DNA of 64,000 nucleotides from Bacteroidales bacterium (GTDB lineage Bacteria; Bacteroidota; Bacteroidia; Bacteroidales; JACABE01), in NCBI GenBank assembly GCA_023251515.1, contig JAHEYQ010000019.1, positions 50 through 64,049 of the forward strand, in the 5' to 3' direction. Of the stretch, positions 51,917 to 61,747 are shown in pieces (position 1 is the stretch's first letter; each line of letters starts with the position of its first letter). The notes beneath the pieces are model-generated. The model saw nothing but the letters and a program-made list of their open reading frames with translations. It did no database searches and had not been told where the DNA came from. A program made the position numbers and the translations under genes.

Positions 51917-54625
51917 TTATCTTAATATTTGTAAACTTCCTTTTTGTTCCATTTCGCGAAGAATACCGCGAGCTTTGAAAATATAAAAGTAAACACCATC
52001 AGATAAGTCTTCGCCACCAAAATCGTTTTGATAGTTTATTTTTGAATACACTTTTTTACCCCATCTGTTGTATATAGCCAGCTCACTATCCGGATAACCT
52101 CCATCCAGCAAACCTTTAATTACAAATTTATCATTCTTTCCATCACCATTAGGTGTGATAATATTAGGAAATTCCAATATATCATTAATAATTTTCACTG
52201 TATGCTCTATGGTATCCATACAACCTTTATCACTTGTAACGGCTAACTGAATAGTATAATCACTTAAAGCTGAGAATAAATGAACAGGATCTTTATCTGA
52301 TGAATTACCATCTGTACCAAAAATCCAATTATAAGTAAAAACGCTATTTGTTGGAGTTGTTAAATTTGTAAAAGTAATCTGAGGATCCTGAATTACACCA
52401 ATCATTGGATTCCAACTAAATTCAGCAACCGGTTGAGGATAACTTTTTACCAAATTATTGTTTACGAATTTATCTGTACAACCTTCTATTGTAGTAGCAG
52501 TAAGAGTAACATTATAAACACCTGCACTATAAATATGACTTGGATTTGTTGCAGTATCAATAGCTCCGTCTCCAAATTCCCATAAATAATCTTTTATTGC
52601 CGGTGAAGTCTCATTAATAAATGAAACCAATAATGGTTCGCAACCTGCACTATTAATCGGCATTACAGAATAACTTATATTAGGCATAGGATTTACTGTT
52701 AGCACTAATGTATCCATATCGCTACAAATAAGGGTGTTTGAAGCATTAGTATATGATGCAGTAACAATATAATTTAATGGCAATACATAAGGTACTATTG
52801 AATCAGAAGTTAACAGGGTTTGTGTTGATAAAGGACCGAATGGAGTATCCCAAACATAGGTTGCACCAGGATTGCCAGCATTAATATTTATTTTTTGTTC
52901 GGAACAAACAGCTGTATCATTTCCTAAATTAACATTTGGCATTTGAATAACTTTTAATGTTGTTAAAGTGTCCCATACACAACCAAAATCATCTACTAAA
53001 GAAATATTATATGTAAAATTACCTCCATTTAGGGGAGAAATTAATGCAGTGGTATCATTTATTGGTGATATAAACGGTCCGGTAAAGCCAACAGAGTCTA
53101 TTTTAACGTTATATGTCCAGTTATTAGGCATTAAATTAGCTGTTAATTCTAAATTCCAACCGAAAATATAACCATTATCGATTGTATAGTCATCTTTTAT
53201 TTGTAGATTCCATACTCCATTTAGTGGACAACCAATTAAACCTGATAAAGGATTTTCTGGTTTAATATACTTAGTGTGATTAGTTTGATTAGTAGAATCA
53301 ATAGTTCTTTTGTTATTAACCATAACTGTTCTTGTAGTAGATATACTTCCATCAAGATTAGCTAAAGTCAGATTATCGTTTGGATAAAATTCCGACCAGC
53401 AATATGTCCAGCCAATTCCAGGAGGGTTCAAAGTTGGATCACAAGCGCCAGGAGCACCACCTGCATCCTGTGAATTACTAATTCCTAAATCATTACCACT
53501 GGAAGTTGTATTTGGATCTAACGTAACCACACTCCCATTCGGACAATAAATTCTGAATCCTAAATCACCTGCAAATGTATGTTCCATATTTACACAAATT
53601 GACAGTATATCGCTTGCACTTTGTATAGTAGCTCCTTGTGGAAAATTATTAAAAGTTACAAAGGTATTGTAAATCCCTCCATTTGGAGTACTTGCACATG
53701 GATTCCCGTCAGGCAAAAACATCGTACTGTCAAATCCTTGTTTAGATGTTTGTGTAAAAGCCATTGGTTCGATAATAATAGAGGAGTTCTGATTATATCC
53801 TACACTTATTAGTTTTGTGTTACCGCCACACATATCATCCAAAGGTTTAATAGTTGTAGTTGGTATTGATGATATTCTAACTCTGGTACCTAATGCATTT
53901 ATACTTCTACAGCCTAATGTGTCAATAATTTTTAACATTATATCATAACCTCTTCTTATTGTATAAGTCTTGTTAACCACTTGTCCGCTATCAATAGTTC
54001 CGTCACCAAAATCCCAATAAAACTTAGAGCTGTTATTACTTTGATGATAAACACTATCGTTTTGTGGAAATAAAGCATTGGCTTTAAAAGTTATAGAAGA
54101 TCCCAAACAAACATCTATATAATTGCTATCGTTGGGTTCTGGGACTGTCAATAGTGAGTCAAGTGTAGCAATAATTTTCTGACAAGGTTTTGCACAAATA
54201 ATTGTTGAATTCCATCCTGAACCCTGATTTGCTGAATTAGTTTTAAATCTAAATGTTAGTCGTCCGGATGAATTACTAACACTTGACTGAACCATATTCT
54301 GTCCTCCTGAAAGAGGATTTGTATTATTAAATTTACCGATAAGAGGAGACGAAATATTTGGCCCATCAAAAACATATAAAGTATCACTTGCATGTATATC
54401 AAAACTGATAAAACTAATACTGATATGGGTATTTGTTGTATTATTTGATGCAAATGTTACAGTAAGATCCTGATTCGCAGCATAGTCACCAGAGGAATTA
54501 TCAGTAAAATAGCCTGTACAGGTATTCACTGTTTGACTATTACTGGAAACAATATTGTAATTTTGTGATTTTAAACTGTTTAAAGCAAATAAGACTAAAA
54601 CAATTAATAGAATATTTTTTTTCAT
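51917..54625 (-). CDS. T9SS type B cargo: CUB-like, PKD and proprotein-convertase P-like domains
   Basis: DTLYVFDGP..LTFRFKTN (CUB-like); WDFGDG/WEFGDG (PKD); HTFAGDL..CPNG..NGVWNLQIKD; PNIITPNGDGKND C-terminal domain. Confidence 0.85.
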   Translation of the reverse strand: MKKNILLIVLVLFALNSLKSQNYNIVSSNSQTVNTCTGYFTDNSSGDYAANQDLTVTFASNNTTNTHISISFISFDIHASDTLYVFDGPNISSPLIGKFNNTNPLSGGQNMVQSSVSNSSGRLTFRFKTNSANQGSGWNSTIICAKPCQKIIATLDSLLTVPEPNDSNYIDVCLGSSITFKANALFPQNDSVYHQSNNSSKFYWDFGDGTIDSGQVVNKTYTIRRGYDIMLKIIDTLGCRSINALGTRVRISSIPTTTIKPLDDMCGGNTKLISVGYNQNSSIIIEPMAFTQTSKQGFDSTMFLPDGNPCASTPNGGIYNTFVTFNNFPQGATIQSASDILSICVNMEHTFAGDLGFRIYCPNGSVVTLDPNTTSSGNDLGISNSQDAGGAPGACDPTLNPPGIGWTYCWSEFYPNDNLTLANLDGSISTTRTVMVNNKRTIDSTNQTNHTKYIKPENPLSGLIGCPLNGVWNLQIKDDYTIDNGYIFGWNLELTANLMPNNWTYNVKIDSVGFTGPFISPINDTTALISPLNGGNFTYNISLVDDFGCVWDTLTTLKVIQMPNVNLGNDTAVCSEQKININAGNPGATYVWDTPFGPLSTQTLLTSDSIVPYVLPLNYIVTASYTNASNTLICSDMDTLVLTVNPMPNISYSVMPINSAGCEPLLVSFINETSPAIKDYLWEFGDGAIDTATNPSHIYSAGVYNVTLTATTIEGCTDKFVNNNLVKSYPQPVAEFSWNPMIGVIQDPQITFTNLTTPTNSVFTYNWIFGTDGNSSDKDPVHLFSALSDYTIQLAVTSDKGCMDTIEHTVKIINDILEFPNIITPNGDGKNDKFVIKGLLDGGYPDSELAIYNRWGKKVYSKINYQNDFGGEDLSDGVYFYIFKARGILREMEQKGSLQILR

Positions 54626-54641
54626 TTTTAAAGAAATAAGT

Positions 54642-55097
54642 TTATTTTTTTGTTTTTAAAATCATATTAAAATCTTCTTTTACATATCTTTCTGGACGTA
54701 ATATTATTGCAATACCAGCTGATTTCCATACGTAAGTATAAGGTATATCGCTGAAAGAAAAATTATATAGCAACACATTAAAAGTACTTTTGTCATATTT
54801 TACTTCTGAAAATTTTAATTTATCAGTATTTTTTTGCAAGGTAGCAATATCAATACCTTCAATAGGTTTTTGAGCGTCTTTCAGGCTTACCGTGTAATAA
54901 GAATTATCTAAAAAATAATTTAGATAACTTATTTGCTCAGGATTGGTTTTTAATAAATTATCAATGTATTGTTTGGAATAACATTGAGACAAGCGAGCAT
55001 CAGGTTTTACATTAACAACCTGTGATTGAACCGAAAAACAAAATAAAAATGAAATGATTAACAAAACATTTCTCATTAAAAATCCATGATTCTTCAT
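54642..55097 (-). CDS. Secreted hypothetical protein
   Basis: Signal peptide; 151 aa; directly upstream of the T9SS cargo gene. Confidence 0.7.
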   Translation of the reverse strand: MKNHGFLMRNVLLIISFLFCFSVQSQVVNVKPDARLSQCYSKQYIDNLLKTNPEQISYLNYFLDNSYYTVSLKDAQKPIEGIDIATLQKNTDKLKFSEVKYDKSTFNVLLYNFSFSDIPYTYVWKSAGIAIILRPERYVKEDFNMILKTKK

Positions 55098-55386
55098 GAT
55101 GTATTAAAAAGTTAGTTTATAATGAACAAAATTACTACTATTTTTTAAATAATAGTCAAAAGGCAGACAATTCATAAAATTCAAAGGTTGTATATTACTT
55201 TAAAAAATTACAAAAATATTAAGTTCCAAAATAAAATATTTTTTATAAACACTTTTTCAAAACGATATAAATACAAAAGCAAAAACAATAACAAACTGAT
55301 AAACAATAAATAAGCAATCAGTAACATTAAAAAAGCCCGGAATGTTATTACAATCCGAGCTTATTTTTAAAATATTGATTGAAAAT

Positions 55387-55956
55387 TTATAAGAAAATTA
55401 AAGCCAGAATTGGTACAATTATGCCAGCCAAAACAAACCAGACACCTCTGTTGCTTAAACTATTTTTGCTTTTTGCTATGATAAACAATCCACTTATTGC
55501 TATTATTATCATACTTACACAAAAAAAGTCTGAAAACCATTGCCACCATTTTCCCGGATTATAGTGTAAAAAATTTAATTCAAAAAACATTGCCCTTTTG
55601 CTTATTTTTTCAAGATATCCTTCTTTACTTGCCATATTTAAAGTTATAGAACCATTGTCAATAAATATTTTCAATGTATTTTCATTCGGGAAAAAATGTT
55701 TTTTATAATGATCTTCTTCATTATAATTCTTTAAAAAAGCCAGAATCCAATCTTTATTAACAGATGCTTTACTAACATCTTCTTTTATTGTAAAATCTTC
55801 ATATTTTATATGATAATTCGGATTCCAATCTTTTTTATGATTGAGAGCAATACCTGAAATACAATATATTATAGTAATTCCAAAGAAGAAATATCCTAAA
55901 TCGCGGTGCAAAATTCTGTTCCATTTACGGAATAATCTGGTAGCATTTGATGACAT
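55387..55956 (-). CDS. PepSY-associated TM helix domain protein
   Basis: RILHRDLGYF..YCISGIALNH, NFLHYN, IIAISGLF. Confidence 0.85.
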   Translation of the reverse strand: MSSNATRLFRKWNRILHRDLGYFFFGITIIYCISGIALNHKKDWNPNYHIKYEDFTIKEDVSKASVNKDWILAFLKNYNEEDHYKKHFFPNENTLKIFIDNGSITLNMASKEGYLEKISKRAMFFELNFLHYNPGKWWQWFSDFFCVSMIIIAISGLFIIAKSKNSLSNRGVWFVLAGIIVPILALIFL

Positions 55957-55977
55957 AAAATCTGATATAATTTTTTA

Positions 55978-56571
55978 TTATTTCGTTTTTTCTTTAATTG
56001 ATTTGCAACTGATTCCCCATATTGAAATATAAGCTTTTCCGCTTTCATCTAATTTTTTTCGGAAATTTTTCACACTTGCATAAGGATCTTCAACTTCTGC
56101 ATTTGTTGTATCTTTTGTTTGTATATTATTCTGACCTGAAATTGCTTTGTTTTCTTCATTACAAACTTTCTGATCTTTGTCTGCCAATGAAGCTTTTATT
56201 TCTGCTTCCCATTCATTCAGATAATTTGCATCAATTTTTTCATCCTCAATAACAGTACCGGTAATTTCAACATCCAAACCTTCATATTTCAAATCAAAGG
56301 TTGAAACATCACCACCTGCATTGATTTTCAATGTTTTTTCAGGATCAGCTCCGAATAAAAACAACTTTTTTCCGCTGTGTTTACATATATGCGAAACAGT
56401 TCCGGAGATTACAACTTCTTTGTTTGCCCAATTTTCAGGATTTGCTAAAAATTCATCAACAGTAATATTTACTTTCGTTGAATCGCTTTCATTGGTAGAT
56501 TTTTGTTTACATCCAGTATTATTTAACAATACAAATGCAGTGATAACTAATAAGAAAAAGAGTTTTTTCAT
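55978..56571 (-). CDS. Lipoprotein with OB-fold-like domain
   Basis: TGC lipobox; KEVVISGTVSHICKHSGKKLFL. Confidence 0.7.
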   Translation of the reverse strand: MKKLFFLLVITAFVLLNNTGCKQKSTNESDSTKVNITVDEFLANPENWANKEVVISGTVSHICKHSGKKLFLFGADPEKTLKINAGGDVSTFDLKYEGLDVEITGTVIEDEKIDANYLNEWEAEIKASLADKDQKVCNEENKAISGQNNIQTKDTTNAEVEDPYASVKNFRKKLDESGKAYISIWGISCKSIKEKTK

Positions 56572-56736
56572 GTTTTTTGTTTTATTTTATGGTTAATATT
56601 TCGCAAAATTAATCAAATATGATAATATTCTATACATAATTTCTAAAGTTTTTTTCTTAAAACAGAAGTTGTTATGTTTCAAAACTAAAAAAGCTGCCTA
56701 AACATAGACAGCTTTTTTAAAAAAAACTTTCGCTTT

Positions 56737-57501
56737 TTATTTAATTATTTTTGCTTCTTCAAGCAAAACTTCATAAAAATATGAATAGCCCAAATCTTTA
56801 TTAAGTGCTATCTTGCCTTCAACTACGATAATATCACCAACTTTTACAGTTTCTTTGGTTGTTATTGTCAAATCAAATTTTCCATTTGCATCGGTTCCAT
56901 CTTGCATATGAATCCAATTTTTTTCCATAATTTCAGGACTGAATTTAGTAACCTGACCTTTTATTTTTACGATTTTACCTTCATATTTGGATTTATTTGC
57001 ATAAAGCTCAGCAATACTGATACCACCTGAAATTTTATCTATTTTCACATTTGCTTTTTCTATTTTAGGTTTCCCAACCATAGCTGTATCAGTTGATTCC
57101 ATTTGTTGATGTGATGGAACTGCAGCTATTTCACGCTTTACAAAATCATCTGTTTTGCTGATATCATCAATAAATAATATTTCATTGAATGTTCGGCTTA
57201 ATTCTTTACTTTGAAATTGTTTCATAGCAAAACCACCTTTATAATAAAGTGTATCACCATTTTTGGCATCTATACTTGTAACAGCACACCATAAAGTATC
57301 CACATCTTTATTAGCAGGATTGCCTATTTCCTGAAAACGAAGATAAGTATATTGACTGGTTTGAATAACTTCTTTTACCAATATTGTATGAATTCCTAAT
57401 TTTAATAATTCATCACGCTTTTTGTCTTCGGTTGATTTACATGAAATTAAAAATAAAACCCCAATCATTAAAAGTATAAAACTGTTTTTTGTTGTTCTCA
57501 T
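56737..57501 (-). CDS. Lipoprotein with tandem OB-fold-like domains
   Basis: ISC lipobox; YTYL..W.A; ISIAELY..GKIVKIKGQVTK..IMEKNWIHMQDGT. Confidence 0.75.
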   Translation of the reverse strand: MRTTKNSFILLMIGVLFLISCKSTEDKKRDELLKLGIHTILVKEVIQTSQYTYLRFQEIGNPANKDVDTLWCAVTSIDAKNGDTLYYKGGFAMKQFQSKELSRTFNEILFIDDISKTDDFVKREIAAVPSHQQMESTDTAMVGKPKIEKANVKIDKISGGISIAELYANKSKYEGKIVKIKGQVTKFSPEIMEKNWIHMQDGTDANGKFDLTITTKETVKVGDIIVVEGKIALNKDLGYSYFYEVLLEEAKIIK

Positions 57502-57571
57502 TATTACTAAATTTTTTAATTATTTTGATGCAAAAATAAATATATAATTTTGATTTTCTATCATATTTTAT

Positions 57572-57646
57572 TTGAAATATATCATCTAATTCATTGATAT
57601 TATTGATATGAGCGATATTTATCAAAATTGATATGATATTTATCAA
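57572..57646. promoter_or_regulatory. Cluster of FNR/Crp-like boxes (TTGAT-N4-ATCAA)
   Basis: TTGAAatatATCAT 57572, GCGATatttATCAA 57612, ATGATatttATCAA 57633 in a divergent promoter region. Confidence 0.5.
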
Positions 57647-57867
57647 ACAATAAAGAATTCGATTTGATTTTCTTTCTTATGTTTTTTTTATATAAACCTG
57701 TTTTACAGATATCTAGTTTTTATGAAATATATTTCAATGAATTATATTTGTATCTATAAAAGCGAAAATTGAAATTTCATTAACAAGTTGTTAACCAAAA
57801 TTACTTTTGTATTTTGTAATATTGCCATTGGTTTAAAAAACCTTATTATAAACAGAATAATTTAAAA

Positions 57868-60800
57868 ATGAAGAGATTTTGGAATTTTATATTTTCGTCT
57901 AGAGCTACAATTATTTTTATGTTTGTCATTGGCACTGCTATGGCTGTAGCTACTTTTATTGAAGACAAATATGACACTGCAACCGCTAACTTATATGTTT
58001 ACAAAACATTATGGTTTGAAATATTATTTATTATTCTTGCTATAAATCTGATTGGGCACATTAAAGTTTACAAATTATTGTCAAGAAAAAAAATTGCAGG
58101 CTTTATTTTTCATATTTCTTTTATCGTAATGATAATTGGTGCGGCTATTACACGCTATATCAGCTACGAAGGCAGTATGCATATCAGAAAAGGCAGCGAA
58201 TCGAATCTTATTTATACAAATGAAACTATACTTGCAATAAAACACAAGGACAAAAAGTTCGAGTTTCCGGTAAACTCAAATGAGATTACATCAAAAAGCC
58301 TGAATCTGAGCATTCCGACTGAAAAAAACGATAATATTGATATCAGGATTAAAGATATTATTCCAAATGCTGTTGAATCTTATGTTGAGAATTCAGAAAA
58401 TGGAAATGATATTATTCATTTGTCAGTTTTAAGCATGTCAGGATTGCAGAATATTTACATTAAAAAAGGTGAAATAAAAGAAGTATCAAACGTTTTAGTT
58501 GCTTTTGACAATAATTCAAATGCCGAAGCTGTAAATATTACTGATAACAATGGTGTTTTAAAAATTAAATCGCCCTTTCCTGTTGAATATTCAACTATGG
58601 CAGAAAACACTTCTGATAGTATAGCCGCAGATTCATCTGCAAACTTTACCGAAAACTTTGTTTATCATATAAATGCTTCTTCTTTTGTATTTTCAAAATT
58701 TATGAAAAAGGCTGAAAAAAAATTAATGAGTTCAGAAAAAGAAGGTAGCGGAAATGATGCCATAGTTTTAGAAGCAAAATATAAAGGCAAGTCTTTTGAT
58801 ATAATTGCAGCAAACACAACTGGTTACGCTTCTGATTTTGAAAACACAAAAATTGAAGACGAGAATATCGAAATTGCATTAGGTTTCAAAACAATCGAAT
58901 TACCTTTTTCTATTTATTTGAAAGATTTTATTTTCGAGAAATATCCGGGTTCAGAAAGTCCATCTTCTTATAAAAGCGAAGTAATCTTAATTGATAAACG
59001 CAATAATTTAAAAGAAGACCACAGTATTTTCATGAATAATGTTTTGGATTATAATCAATATCGCTTTTTCCAATCTTCTTACGACACCGACGAACAAGGA
59101 ACTATTTTGTCTGTAAATCATGACTTTTGGGGCACTATTATTTCATATCTGGGATATTTTTTAATGATAATCGGATTTATCTTTACTCTTTTTAATAAAA
59201 ATTCAAGATTTTTACATTTAAGAAAAGAGATTAAAGAAGTGAGAAATAGCAGAAAATCAATTGTAATAATTCTTATATTATTGTTTGGTTTAAGCAATGT
59301 TACTTTTGCTCAGAATAATAAAGCAGCAGATAAAAAACATGTTGAAAAATTTGGTAATATATTGATACAGACCTATGACGGACGTTTTGCTCCTGTCCAT
59401 ACTTTGGCATTAGATGTTATGCATAAAGTTGCAAAAAAAGAGAGTTTTGAGGTTGAAGGCAAAGGTAAAATGAATACTATGCAGGCATTTATGGATATGA
59501 TGCTTGACCCTGAACTTTGGCAAAAACAAAAAATAATTTATGTTCCACAGAAAGCTATTAGAGATATTATCGGAATTACTACAGAATATGCTTGTTTTCA
59601 TGATTTTTTTGATGAGAGACAGGCTTATAAATTAGATACCTATATAAATGAAGCTTTTCGTAAAAAACAAAATGAAAAGAACAAAACTGATCGTGAAATT
59701 CTGAAGGTTGACGAACGGCTGAATTTGTTTTATATGACTATTAACGGAAGTATTCTGAAAATATTTCCTGAACAGGATTCAAAAAATCACAAATGGATTA
59801 GCTGGGATGATAAATCAGCATCAGTACCTTTATCAGGAAGTATCAATGTTATTAACGAAGAATTAAAACTAAAAACCTTTAATTATGCGAGTTTACTTCA
59901 AGCTTATATGTTTGAAGTAAGTAATTCGATTCAAAGCGGTGACTATACCAAAGCCGATAAAATTCTTGCTTATATTTCTGATATCCAAAGACAATTTACT
60001 GACCCGACTATATTGCCTTCTGACACTAAAATAAGTGCCGAAGTATTTTACAATAAAGCTGATATTTTTGTATTCTTAAAGAATATTTACATGATTTTAA
60101 GTGTATTGCTTTTGGTATTTGCGTTTATCGAAAACATTAAATCAAATAATAGTAAACTTATTTCTTTTATTTTAAATGCCTTGACAATAATTCTTGGATT
60201 GGCCTTTGTATATCATAGTTTTGGGATGGCTTTGCGCTGGTATATTACCGGACATGCACCATGGGCAAATGGTTACGAAGCATTGATACTTGTTGGCTGG
60301 GGCGCATTAATTGCAGGATTTAGTTTTGCAAAACATTCAAAAATAACACTTGCCGCTACTACTTTGCTTGCATTTTTTGTATTGATGACAGCTAGCCACA
60401 GTAGCTACGATCCGCAGTTAACCAATTTGCAACCTGTATTAAAATCATATTGGCTTATTATACATGTTGCTACACTTACCATAAGTTATGGATTTTTAGG
60501 TCTTGGGTTTATTATGGGTATTATGAATCTTTTAATTTATTTATCGAAAAACAAAAGCAACGAAAAACGATTAGATTTATTAATTTCTGAAAATACATAC
60601 ATTATAGAAATGAACCTTATTATTGGCTTAATGCTTGCTACAATAGGTACTTTTTTGGGTGCTGTTTGGGCAAACGAATCATGGGGCAGATATTGGGGAT
60701 GGGATGCAAAAGAAACTTGGGCATTAATTATAGTAATTACTTATACAATAGTTACTCACATGAGATTTATACCCAAACTGAATAATAAATTTACATTTAA

Positions 60801-60996
60801 CGTAGCAAGTGTATTGAGTTTTGCAAGTGTTATTATGACATTTGTTGGTGTAAATTACTATTTATCAAAAGGAATGCATAGCTATGGAGCCGGAGATACA
60901 CCCATTTTTCCATTGTGGGCTTGGGGCACGATTTTTGCTATAATAATATTAATAGTCTCAGCTTCGATTAAAGAGAATAAAAAATTAAACAATTAA
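57868..60996 (+). CDS. ccsA: System II cytochrome c synthase, fused CcsBA
   Basis: ResB-like N-terminus (ATFIE, FHISF..GAAITRY, MNNVLDY..YRFFQSSY); GHAPW, LQPVLKSYWL..HV, WANESWGRYWGWDAKETW, GMHSY. Confidence 0.95.
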   Translation: MKRFWNFIFSSRATIIFMFVIGTAMAVATFIEDKYDTATANLYVYKTLWFEILFIILAINLIGHIKVYKLLSRKKIAGFIFHISFIVMIIGAAITRYISYEGSMHIRKGSESNLIYTNETILAIKHKDKKFEFPVNSNEITSKSLNLSIPTEKNDNIDIRIKDIIPNAVESYVENSENGNDIIHLSVLSMSGLQNIYIKKGEIKEVSNVLVAFDNNSNAEAVNITDNNGVLKIKSPFPVEYSTMAENTSDSIAADSSANFTENFVYHINASSFVFSKFMKKAEKKLMSSEKEGSGNDAIVLEAKYKGKSFDIIAANTTGYASDFENTKIEDENIEIALGFKTIELPFSIYLKDFIFEKYPGSESPSSYKSEVILIDKRNNLKEDHSIFMNNVLDYNQYRFFQSSYDTDEQGTILSVNHDFWGTIISYLGYFLMIIGFIFTLFNKNSRFLHLRKEIKEVRNSRKSIVIILILLFGLSNVTFAQNNKAADKKHVEKFGNILIQTYDGRFAPVHTLALDVMHKVAKKESFEVEGKGKMNTMQAFMDMMLDPELWQKQKIIYVPQKAIRDIIGITTEYACFHDFFDERQAYKLDTYINEAFRKKQNEKNKTDREILKVDERLNLFYMTINGSILKIFPEQDSKNHKWISWDDKSASVPLSGSINVINEELKLKTFNYASLLQAYMFEVSNSIQSGDYTKADKILAYISDIQRQFTDPTILPSDTKISAEVFYNKADIFVFLKNIYMILSVLLLVFAFIENIKSNNSKLISFILNALTIILGLAFVYHSFGMALRWYITGHAPWANGYEALILVGWGALIAGFSFAKHSKITLAATTLLAFFVLMTASHSSYDPQLTNLQPVLKSYWLIIHVATLTISYGFLGLGFIMGIMNLLIYLSKNKSNEKRLDLLISENTYIIEMNLIIGLMLATIGTFLGAVWANESWGRYWGWDAKETWALIIVITYTIVTHMRFIPKLNNKFTFNVASVLSFASVIMTFVGVNYYLSKGMHSYGAGDTPIFPLWAWGTIFAIIILIVSASIKENKKLNN

Positions 60997-61028
60997 ATAA
61001 TTTTAATATTAATCTAAAAAAAACAAAG

Positions 61029-61541
61029 ATGAAAAAACTTTCAATCGTAATGGCAATTATGCTATTTCTATTAAGTACTGCTTTAATGGCTCAAAACAAA
61101 TACGTTGGAGCAAAAAATTGCAAAATGTGTCACATGACAAAAGGTAAAGCTTACCCTGTTTGGGAAGCATCAAAACATGCTAAAGCACTTGAAACATTAA
61201 AAAGTGATGCTGCAAAAAAAATTGGTGCTGCAAAAGGCATTGCTGATCCTTCTACAGATGCAAAATGTCTGAAATGTCATTCAACTGCTGCAGGTGTTGA
61301 TGCCAAATTAATTGCCGGAATAACCAAAGAAGAAGGTGTTTCATGCGAAACTTGCCACGGAGCAGGCAGTGCCTATAAAGCTCCTGCTGTAATGAGAAAT
61401 CATGACGCTTGTGTAACTAATGGCTTAATTACTCCAGACGAAAAAATGTGCTTAAAATGTCACAATTCTGAAAGTCCTACTTTCAAAGGTTTTGACTATG
61501 CAAAATATAGTGCAAAAATTGCTCATAAAAATCCTAAATAA
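61029..61541 (+). CDS. Periplasmic tetraheme cytochrome c (c554-like)
   Basis: Signal peptide; YVGAKNCKMCH, CLKCH, GVSCETCHG, CLKCH. Confidence 0.9.
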   Translation: MKKLSIVMAIMLFLLSTALMAQNKYVGAKNCKMCHMTKGKAYPVWEASKHAKALETLKSDAAKKIGAAKGIADPSTDAKCLKCHSTAAGVDAKLIAGITKEEGVSCETCHGAGSAYKAPAVMRNHDACVTNGLITPDEKMCLKCHNSESPTFKGFDYAKYSAKIAHKNPK

Positions 61542-61577
61542 GGATTTATATAGTATCGTACTATAAAAATCAAACAA

Positions 61578-61622
61578 AAAAAAATCCACATTCTGCCAAG
61601 ATGCGGAATGTGGATTTTTTTA
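61578..61622 (+). terminator. Intrinsic terminator
   Basis: AAAATCCACATTC..GAATGTGGATTTTTTT. Confidence 0.75.
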
Positions 61623-61747
61623 TACATTAAAGATACATATTTATGATATAAACATTTACTATATAACTAACAGTAAACCCAAACAATAAAATTGTTGCTA
61701 AGCTATTTAGAGTGAGCATTTAAGTATTTACATAAACAATTTATTCA

